A stretch of 64,000 bases of DNA from Octopus sinensis (Eukaryota): NCBI RefSeq assembly GCF_006345805.1, contig NC_043005.1, positions 34,286,001 to 34,350,000 of the forward strand, given 5' to 3'. The translations under genes and the position numbers were made by a program. The stretch's first letter is position 1. Every line of letters starts with the position of its first letter. Positions 53,532 through 64,000 of the stretch are shown in pieces. The notes beneath the pieces were generated by a model, which ran no database searches, had not been told where the DNA came from, and was given only the letters and a program-made list of their open reading frames with translations.

Positions 53532-53693
53532 ATGGGCTTAAGTTTACTGCACCGTAATGATGCTTGCTTCCCAACCACATGGTTCCAGGTTCAGTCCCAC
53601 TGGGTGGTATCTTGGGTAAGTGCTTTCCATTATAGCCTCAGGCTGACCAAAGCCTTGTGAGTAGATTTGTTAGACAGAAATTGTAAGAAGCCT

Positions 53694-53698
<5 letters not shown>
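53532..53698 (+). mobile_element. CORE-type SINE (family 2)
   Basis: gcttcccaaccacatggttccaggttcagtccc...cttgggtaagtg...aaagccttgtgagtagatttg. Confidence 0.75.
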
Positions 53699-53726
<28 letters not shown>

Positions 53727-53731
<5 letters not shown>

Positions 53732-53936
53732 TAATCCAAACAAGAAAACAAAAAAAACACAACAACGCAAGGACGTGGAACAAATAAAGTATTATTGGAC
53801 GCTCAGGAAAGAAGGGAAGAAGGAGGGTTTAACGTTTCGAGCGGAGCTCTTCGTCGGAAACATAGGAGAAGGAAAGATCCCGAGAAGGGAAGACAGAGGA
53901 AAAAAAATCGCCGGTGGTACTCATGAGGTCACATAC

Positions 53937-53940
<4 letters not shown>
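53727..53940 (-). mobile_element. Penelope-like terminal fragment or retrozyme-like insert in (TA)n
   Basis: 214-bp CpG-retaining insert flanked on both sides by (TA)n; contains a minimal hammerhead motif. Confidence 0.55.
53827..53861 (-). ncRNA. Minimal hammerhead-like motif (variant core)
   Basis: gttt-CCGACGAA-gagc(tcc)gctc-GAAA-cgtT-aaac; palindromic stem III ACGT. Confidence 0.5.
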
Positions 53941-53976
<36 letters not shown>

Positions 53977-55987
53977 AAAGGTGTCAATACATTATTTCTA
54001 AAGCCTACATTTTCTCACTGCTACTTAGTAAAATGTCAGATCTTACAGTATGTTGTTTATTTTTGGCCATCAGTTTAATATATTGCCTAACAAAATCTCT
54101 AAGTATTGATTAATAGCATAACTTGATAATCCTCTTAGCTTTCACTGTCCAATGACATTTTCTAGTACTATAGTGGGATTTACATAATCACTAGAAGTAT
54201 TGTTCTTAGAAACTTTAGTCATTGATGAACATAGCTACACTGGTTTGATTATTTAATCTGTTACAATTGAGAACAAATCATTCTATTTGGACTTTCTGTA
54301 TATACTTAAAGGTAAGAACAGATTGCTTCAACTACAGAGTTGGTTTTCCAGTTCAATTTGTTGTTTTTAAAAATATAGCTTTAAAATAATACAAACTAAC
54401 GATGCATTTTTGTAAAAAATATTATTTCTTTTCGATAAAGTGTTTATTTAAAAAACAAAACAATTGAAATTGACTATTTCACATTTATGTCATCTCGCTT
54501 TATGTAAACACTGCTGTTGCTGCTCACACAATTCTGCACTTTAAGCACATTCGAGAATTCCTTTGTTTAAATTATTAAATGTTTAGTTCTTTATTACTAA
54601 CAATAAGGAGGAGAAATAGAAGAGATAATTTGCTGCTATTATAGAAAATTGCTACTTGTAAAGTGCAACACAACTCAAACAATTCTATTGCTCTTGTGCT
54701 CATATTATATCTAATGGCTATTTTGAATAAGAAAGCTGATTATTATTATTTACATAATTTAAAAATTAAATTAAGATTATTTATCTGATTAAAATATTCT
54801 CCTTAACCAGGGCAGTAATTTCATAAACAACTTTTCAGCATAACACAATTTTTAAAAAATTAGTTTAGAATATGATGTCATTAGTTTAACTATATATTTT
54901 GTGAGGAAACTGTTACCAATAGTTGAGAAATTTTAATATATAATAAAGTATTTACATAATAGACCATTTCTGTCACAGTCTGTTCAAAATATTTACCTTG
55001 AGCAGAAAACACCTTTGCTAGTTTTACTCCTCTCAAATTCAAAATTTTGTAGAAAGTTATCTTATTTAATGTTTTCTGTTTTATACTTGTTAATACCATT
55101 TGATATTAATATGCTATGTATTTAATAATCGTTGATATTATAGTTCTTAACATTTCTGCTTTACTTTTTCATTCTCAGTATTCTTTTTATGAATTTACTT
55201 AGTATTATTTTCAATGATTCTTCTATGTTTAAATTAAGATTTCAAAATTAACTTTCTTAATCAGTTTAGTATTGTTAATATTTTGATTTTCAATTTAATC
55301 AAATCACTGCTGTTTTGATATATTGATTGAAAGGAATTTATTTTTAATCTTTAGATTCATCATGAAATTTTACTAGTTTCACACTAAAATTTAATGGTGA
55401 AATTTAGTCATATTTAAATACTTCAATTCTATTTTGGTTCTGTTTTATTTAACTTCTTAGAATTCTACTTTAAAATGAATGAAACGACTTATTTACTTCA
55501 AAAATTGTTTATTCTAACAATTTATAGCCTTCTAAAAATACATCATCTTACAGAAGCAATATTTGTGAGAGTTTTTGTAGTTTCTTTTTAAAATGTTCCC
55601 ATCTGTTTAATTATCAGATGTATCTATAACAGAATTGACAACCCTTCAAAATTACAAGATAGAAATTATAGATCCTTACATATAATAGAAAAAACATTTT
55701 AAAATTCTATTTTTTAATCAATTATGTGAAATTTAATTGGATTAATGAATCAACAATAAATTTCTATTTGAAGATATCTTTTGAAAGGTGAGATAGAAGA
55801 ATGTTTAAAAATGGGTTCATTACTTTTTAAGATAAAAGTTTAAATTCAATAAGATTCTGTAGTTGTACATTGTATAGATTTTACTGTTCAGTTATTGTAC
55901 TGTTAAATATGAAGCTATCAATCTTTTTTTGTTATCTACATTATGTAGATTTGTGACGTGAACTGTTGAGATGCTCAGCTCAGTATC

Positions 55988-56074
55988 ATGGACTTTTTGG
56001 AGTACAGCAGTCCTCTGACCTTGGAGTCTTTAACAGGGAATACTGCAGTCTTTCTGTCATCAGTATTCCAGGCT
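55988..56074 (+). CDS. Probable alternative start exon (55949-56074): MDFLEYSSPLTLESLTGNTAVFLSSVFQA
   Basis: tgtag| acceptor, ATG preceded by in-frame TGA, 29 open codons, phase-0 donor gct|gtatgt; non-repetitive composition in a 75% AT-type background. Confidence 0.5.
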
Positions 56075-56759
56075 GTATGTATTATATGCACACTAGCAAT
56101 AGATTATATCTGTATTAAATATGATATGTAGGCACAGAAAACGAGAGAGCAGTATAGAAAAAAAAGATTTTATCTTCTTTCCTGTTGTCCTTTTCAACTA
56201 TCAACTTCATTATCTATCTAAACCTTGTTTCCAATTTGTTTTTGTAAGTCATCAATCTCGAACTGAAAAGTGAAATTGCTTAAAGACTAGTACAGATAAC
56301 TTTTCACTTGTATGTAGAACAGTTTCTACTACCTAAATTAAAAATCCAATGCTAATCCCATTAAACTGATTTAGTATGCTGATTGAAAGTGCTTAAAAAA
56401 ACTAGGGCAACATGTCTAGTGTCAAAGGAACTGTAAATATGATAACTGGATTACATCGAAATTTAATATTATTAGATTTGTCCTCATTGAATCCACTTTA
56501 TATATACCAATATCTTTATTTTAGTCTTCTAAAATTTAATCTAGTAGTTCTGTGAAATCACGCCTAGTTACCTTTATCTTCAGTGTTTACTGTTAATTTA
56601 TTAAAATGCATATAAATGTTAGAGTTTTTCATAGATTCCCATGGGTGTCTCTCTTTAATCTTTCAAAACTAATCAATATAAAATTGAACACACATTTGTG
56701 TTGTGCTATGGATAGCTTGGTTTTTAATATTAATTTTTAGTGTTTTAATGCAAAATAAA

Positions 56760-57345
56760 TTACCATCATATCTATTCTTCATGCAGACATGGGTTGGATG
56801 GCTCAACAGGAGCTGGAGAGCTGCCTGGGCTCCATTTGTCTGTTTTGTCATATTTTCTATGGCTGGATGCCTTTGTTAATGCCAATCACTTTACAGAGTG
56901 TACTGGATGCTTTTAATGTGGCACCAGCATGGGTGCTTTGATGTGGCCTCAGCACCTGCGAACCTGCAAGTGCAAGATCTATCAGTTGAGAGAGGAATGT
57001 ACCTGTATGTATGGAAGGCTATGATTTTACATAGCTTGATGTGTCTTCTCAAGCACTAAAAGCCACCAGAAGTCTTGATCCTTTGTGATCTCCCCTGTGA
57101 AGCCCAATGTCTGGAGATTCTTTTTCATCATCTCATTCCATTTCTTCCTGGGTTTTCCAAACATTTCCTCCACAATTAGAGATTAGCACTTCTTGATGCA
57201 GTTGTCCTCATCCATATGCATCACATGACAATACCAGTGCAGTCTTCTCTCTTACACACTATATCTGATACTCATGTACCCAATTTTTCTCTCATATCAT
57301 TTATACTCTGTTGTACATGCATACTGACATTACCCATCCAGCAGA
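56760..57345 (-). mobile_element. RTE LINE 3' fragment
   Basis: Colinear with 43443-44400. Confidence 0.75.
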
Positions 57346-58199
57346 GATGATGAAAATATTTCAAATAGTGCTTATATAAAGTAATGATAGCTTAATTTTT
57401 AATTACATACAAATGAATGGACAGGTACTTATCCATCTGTAAGCAAAGCAATGTTGTTTCACTCTCAAGTAACATTTATTTCATCATAGAATAGTTGGTG
57501 CTAGAAAGCATATACACTTGAATAAGAAAATATTTGCCTTGAACAGAAGATAAGAAAAATAGACACAAATATTAATTATTTGAAATTATTTTCTTATAGT
57601 GCAGTTATTATTTTAATTCATTGATGGATTCTATTGATATGTATTGATTTTCCAGTATCCATTATCGTTGCTAAAATTACCAAAGTATTAGTGGAAAACC
57701 AATATAAAATAGGTTTATTTTGAATCCTTACTATTGAATTCTGAACTTATAAATACTATACAATCTTAGATATAATTTTATCTATTTTTATTACATATTT
57801 TGCATCTATATTTAAATTTAGTTATTTCAAATATTTAAAAAATTAAAAAATTTTTCTATCTTCTTTCTCTCCCTCCCTTTTAAAAATTGTGAAATTATCT
57901 GATAAATATGATTAATTTAATTTCTGTAATTTCAGAATTACCATAGTAACCAACCCAGACATTGTTTTTAGATATCACATAAGATAGGGCACACAAACTG
58001 CTGCTCATAAGAATGAAATGTTTATCACTCTGTCCTTTAGTATGTTATTCTAGCAAAAGATTTAAAAGATGTTCTTGGTTAACTGGGTGTTACTATCTAT
58101 GTAATTTTATAAATTAACATGTTTTTATTTATGATTTTATAAAACCTTGTATTTTACACTGATATATTCAAACTAGTGTCTCCATCTTAATATTAAAAT

Positions 58200-58620
58200 T
58201 ACAGTATTATAGTTGTTGTATGGCAGCAAGACATGGACATTAAACATCACTATAATGAATGCATTGACACAGTGCATGGTGGATGCATCATACTTGAGAT
58301 CACTGTGCGATTAGAAGAGAAACATTTGGATCCAACAGCAGACAGGAATTGATGACATCATCACTACTCTCAAGAAGAGCACAGTCAGGCCAATCACATT
58401 GCTGGATTTAAGGACAACAGGTGGATGATATGAGTGACAAAGTGAACTCTGAAAGAATGGACTAAATCATGAAACAAACCAAAGGTGAAATAGCACAATG
58501 ATATTACCTACCACCTGGGACTTGTACAAACAAGATTGGTCAGAGATAGATGTTGGTGGAAACAGTCTTAGGAGAAGTTCCTCAATCTAAAGTGATATTA
58601 GCCCTAGAATGCATGAATAA
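58200..58620 (+). mobile_element. Decayed RTE-type ORF C-terminus
   Basis: QQTGIDDIITTLKKS..ANHIAG.KDNRW resembles the RTE WAGHIAR..DNRW region. Confidence 0.45.
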
Positions 58621-58821
58621 ATGACTTCTTTGGTCTTCTTTAGTTACAATGGTTGAAATAAAATGAAACTATAGTAGTCAAAACAAGGTGACTAGTGGTC
58701 CAACAATACCAATGTATAATAATGATACTTCCTTGTTTTGGAAATCAGACCAAAATTTTATAAATCCAGTTCAGGATTTATTTAAGATGGTGTGAAATAT
58801 CATTGTAGCTGGCATGTCTTA

Positions 58822-59043
58822 GTTTAGCATTCAGATTAATTCTGTCAAATGTAATCCTTATTTATTCATATTGTTTTGAATTAATCATAGATTATCATGT
58901 AGCTTTGAGATTTCAATGATGCAATTGATTACATTTAGAATGACATTTTAAGTGAGATGCAAGAGGCTGGATCTGGCTGGTTTTAACATAAAACAGGCAG
59001 AATATTTGTGCCAGATATGGCCAGTTTAAATGCTAAAAAATTA
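58822..59043. mobile_element. Short MITE-like repeat with degraded tttagcatt/aatgctaaa ends
   Basis: Inverted termini tttagcatt ... aatgctaaa followed by TTAA-like end. Confidence 0.45.
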
Positions 59044-59486
59044 ACACATTTTCTTTATAACGATTACATTTTTGCTGTTATATGATATGTATACATTTAA
59101 AATGTATCATACATCTTAAAGTATGAAAAAAATCTGTTGATAGTAAATATTTTGGTTAAAATCTAAACTGTTTCTGTATGTTCCAGGTTGACTTGTGTAG
59201 TTGGTGACTGAAGTGAATTTTAAAAATTAAATATTATTATTTCATCTTGAAATAGTGTACTTAGATTAGAGAAGGTTGTACAACTAGGAGAGCTGTGAAG
59301 CTGTATATTGATATATAGTAAAATGTTACAGGTTGTAATGAAGTTTTGAAAAACATAAATGAATATTTTAAATGTATTTCTAATTATAAACCCTGAAGAG
59401 GAAGCAAAAGGGAAGCATTTGGTTTGCATTTGGATTCTGCACTAATGTCTTCACTAGTGATGGATTATCACTAAGTTTTCTAATGA

Positions 59487-60201
59487 ATCAGAAAACTACT
59501 GCTTTCAAAAAGTGTTTAGAGTGGAGTAAAAACCTACAGAATTGGTTTCTAGACCAGTGGAAGAATGTTATTTTCTCAGACAAGTCATCCTTTACCTTAT
59601 TTCCAACCACTGGCTGAGTATACATGTGGAGACAGCCAAAAGAAGCATTTGACCCAGACTGCCTTCTTTCAACTGTTAAACATGGAGGAAATCTGGCTTT
59701 GTGCAGCTCCCAGCAAACAGTTTTTGTGGAAACTAGGTTCTCGAGGTGGTCATTAAGCTCTGCAGTAGTTTGGGAGCTGTACGTTTGGGATCATTTCTAA
59801 CAATTCACGTAAGAATCCGACGGTCCCTACCTGAAAGTTTTGGTTTTCTTCTGGAGTTTTGTTTTGACAAGGAGGTTTTTCCCTCTTTCTCAAAGGCTAT
59901 CATTACTTTCGAGATAGTACTTCTTGATACACCAAACATTTTGGCTGTTTTCGTTATGCTAGCACCTGCCATACGAGTACCAACAATTTGACCTCTTTGA
60001 AACTCCAATAGATCTGTCATTTTAATAAATTTTAATTACCTTTTTCTGATGATATCAGAAAAGAAACAGCAGTTTTAGCAAAACATTTTAAGCAACACTA
60101 ATAATAAACCAAAAAACATAAAAATAAGCAAACTTTTGATGGTTTTATAGATATTTCAAAATTATGATGCTAGGTGTTTCCATTATTTTGTCCAACCCCT
60201 G
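59487..60201 (-). mobile_element. Truncated Tc1 transposon with an internal inversion
   Basis: TIR CAGGGGTTGGACAAAATAATGGAAACACC plus TA at 60202-60203; minus-strand MTDLLEFQRGQIVG...ELHKARF; plus-strand IRKLLLSK..WKNVIFSDKSSF...TVKHGG. Confidence 0.9.
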
Positions 60202-60772
60202 TATATAAACTATAAAAAATACAAAAATGGGATAAGAACGTAAAACATCTAGACAGTGTTAGGTGATACAAAAAATGGACAACAAAACATCCAGACAGAC
60301 AATACAAAGAAAACAAGGACAGGTCATGCGGAGTTTTCTATCCTCAGTTGAGTTCCAGATTATCTTTGCAATTTCAGCTGGTTATACTCGAGATTGCTCC
60401 AATCTGGCCAGCACCAAGGAAAAACTAAGCTAAGAGCATTAGATTCCTTGGAAGAAAGCAGTGAATATATACGAAAGCAAGGACAGAAAAAACAGAGAAA
60501 TGTTACACAAATACAAATTCACTGTTTTTTCCATCCTTGTTTACATATATATTCACTGCTTTCTTGCAAGGAATCTAATGCTCTTAGCTTAGTTTTTTCC
60601 TTGGGGCTGGCCAGATTGAAGCAATCTCGAGTATAACCAGCTGAAATTGCAAAGATAATCTGGAACTCAACTGAGGATAGAAAACTCTAAATGACCCATC
60701 TTTGTATTCTTTGTATCGTCTGTCTGGATGTTTTTGCATTCTTGTCCCATTTTTGTATTTTTTTTATATATA
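60202..60772. repeat. Long foldback (~250-300 bp inverted arms, ~13-nt spacer)
   Basis: 60202-60501 is the reverse complement of 60515-60772; ~137-nt core differs by about 3 substitutions and 1 indel. Confidence 0.9.
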
Positions 60773-60814
60773 AAATATAGTGACGTACTTACACTTTGGT
60801 CTCTTATATGTAAG

Positions 60815-60886
<72 letters not shown>

Positions 60887-60889
60887 TAT

Positions 60890-60950
<61 letters not shown>

Positions 60951-60957
60951 TATATAT

Positions 60958-60990
<33 letters not shown>

Positions 60991-61017
60991 ATATATATAT
61001 ACACACATATATATATA

Positions 61018-61440
61018 TAAAACATTATTGGTGAATTGAAGAAATGGAGCTGAACGCAGATTGAACAGAAATCGTTTTATTTCATTCTACACGTGTTTCG
61101 AAAGGCACAAATTACCAAAATCCGATTGAATAATGGGACCATATTGTGTCTTTCTCCTCAGGAAGAAAAAAGGAAATCCATTGGAAAAACAAAAACAGAA
61201 CAGAGGCGGAGCAAAAAACAAATCGAACTGTTCAATTTCTGTTCAATCTGCGTTCAGCTCCATTTCTTCAATTCACCAATAATGTTTTAATTTCAAATAT
61301 CCGCACCAACGCACGGTTGCAACGCCAGATGGTTGTACCTCCAACCGTGCTGTTTACTGCTGTGATTTTTGCTACTAAGGTATCGGTTAAACTTTTGATT
61401 AATCTACTACAAGATTATTCATCTTTCTATTTCACATAAT
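61018..61440 (-). mobile_element. Hammerhead-containing insert with 55-bp perfect inverted repeats, embedded in (TA)n
   Basis: IR 61018-61072 / 61235-61289; second hairpin gcacggttg...caaccgtgc at ~61311-61350; CpGs retained. Confidence 0.7.
61085..61164 (-). ncRNA. Type I hammerhead ribozyme motif with canonical core
   Basis: ttc-CTGAGGA-gaaag(a)cacaa...ttgtg(c)ctttc-GAAA-cacgtg-TA-gaa; palindromic stem III ACACGTGT. Confidence 0.7.
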
Positions 61441-61461
61441 ATATATATATATATATATATA

Positions 61462-61505
<44 letters not shown>

Positions 61506-61507
61506 TA

Positions 61508-61639
<132 letters not shown>

Positions 61640-61679
61640 TATATTATATATATATATATAACATATATATATATATATA

Positions 61680-61724
<45 letters not shown>

Positions 61725-61727
61725 TAT

Positions 61728-61762
<35 letters not shown>

Positions 61763-61774
61763 ACATATATATAT

Positions 61775-61809
<35 letters not shown>

Positions 61810-61818
61810 CATAATATA

Positions 61819-61863
<45 letters not shown>

Positions 61864-62010
61864 ATATATATATATATATAATATACATATATATATATAT
61901 ATATATACTATATATATATATATATAATAATATATATATATATAATACATATATATATATATTATATATATATATACATATACATATATATATATATACA
62001 TATACATATA

Positions 62011-62053
<43 letters not shown>

Positions 62054-62054
62054 T

Positions 62055-62112
<58 letters not shown>

Positions 62113-62135
62113 TATATATATATATATAATATATA

Positions 62136-62166
<31 letters not shown>

Positions 62167-62173
62167 CATATTA

Positions 62174-62227
<54 letters not shown>

Positions 62228-62281
62228 TATATATATATATATTATTATATATATATAATAATATATATATATAATATATAT

Positions 62282-62316
<35 letters not shown>

Positions 62317-62364
62317 ACATATATATATATATATACACACATATATATATATATATATACACAC

Positions 62365-62395
<31 letters not shown>

Positions 62396-62425
62396 TATAT
62401 ATATAATAATATATATATATATATA

Positions 62426-62478
<53 letters not shown>

Positions 62479-62510
62479 ACATATATATATATATATATAT
62501 ATATATACAC

Positions 62511-62544
<34 letters not shown>

Positions 62545-62555
62545 TATATATATAT

Positions 62556-62590
<35 letters not shown>

Positions 62591-62636
62591 ATATATATAT
62601 ATACACATATATATATATATAATATTATATATATAT

Positions 62637-62743
<107 letters not shown>

Positions 62744-62750
62744 ACATATA

Positions 62751-62941
<191 letters not shown>

Positions 62942-62986
62942 TATATATATATTATATACACATATATATATATATATTATATACAC

Positions 62987-63043
<57 letters not shown>

Positions 63044-63063
63044 TATATATATATATATATATA

Positions 63064-63202
<139 letters not shown>

Positions 63203-63219
63203 TATATATATATATATAT

Positions 63220-63259
<40 letters not shown>

Positions 63260-64000
63260 TATATATACATATATAATATATATTATATATACACATATAT
63301 ATATGTATATAAACTTGTTCCTTCAATCAAAGTATTTAAAATGTTCAAGACGTGAGATTTTGAAATATATAAGTTTGCAATATCCTATTGTAAAGTATCT
63401 TAACCACGGTTATAGCTAACCTCTAATACTTTGTCTTCTTGATTAGTTAGCTGCAACAAAATATTTTCTTTGAAAATTCTAAATTTAAGTCTTGTCAAGG
63501 TCTAGTTAAATGTATACTATAATTTATATGACAGTCATCTGTATCTTTGCTGCAGATGAACACATTCTCAAACTACACCTACTTTCTTAAAAAGAATATC
63601 TTAATGTAATTTATGCTGGTCTTTTCCTGAACAAAAAATGGGATGGTCATGACTTGGTTTCTTTTCATCCTTGGCCTCTTTAACTAGGATTGGCTTGGAG
63701 CTAAGCAACAACAAACAAATCCTTCTGTTGTAGAAAATTTTTTTTATTTATTGAAGAACAAAAAAAAATTTTTTTAATTCATCTGTTAGTGCTTAGCAAA
63801 TTAATAAATCTAAAGAAATTCTGAATAATTCCTATATTTTAATTTTTGATTTAATCAATTTTTTTTTTACATAGAGATTACATTTTAAAGATTGATTTAT
63901 AATTTCATATTGATGTTTCAGTTTTTCATACATTATTTTTGCATCTTATATCTATTAGTTTAAAAATCAAACGAATCTATGGATATATTCTATAGAAGAT

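Noticed and set aside
60560-60700. CTGAGGA and GAAA words in the foldback arm
   Set aside because: Order and stems are incompatible with any hammerhead topology

Overview
Very AT-rich, repeat-dense eukaryotic DNA. The tRNA-derived/CORE-type SINEs, RTE 3' ends with (GAT)n tails and dense microsatellites resemble an octopus (coleoid cephalopod) genome, which is an inference from repeat content. Most of the window appears to be intronic sequence of one + strand gene that I cannot identify. Two spliceable coding exons are visible (17760-17923 containing the ATG, and 34060-34125), plus a probable alternative start exon (55949-56074). The rest is transposon debris: a 5'-truncated Tx1/L1-clade LINE, several RTE and CR1-like fragments, two mariners, a rearranged Tc1, a complete non-autonomous Helitron beside a helicase remnant, Chapaev-like and MULE-like relics, many SINEs and a ~2.5 kb (TA)n-rich array. 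Most notable: (i) a 1.64 kb ORF1-only L1/Tx1-type element with a 9-bp target-site duplication (HAL1-like architecture); (ii) several hammerhead-ribozyme motifs, two in short CpG-retaining inserts inside (TA)n tracts (Penelope/retrozyme-like); (iii) a ~570 bp intronic foldback. All calls were made by eye, and no database search or folding computation was run.
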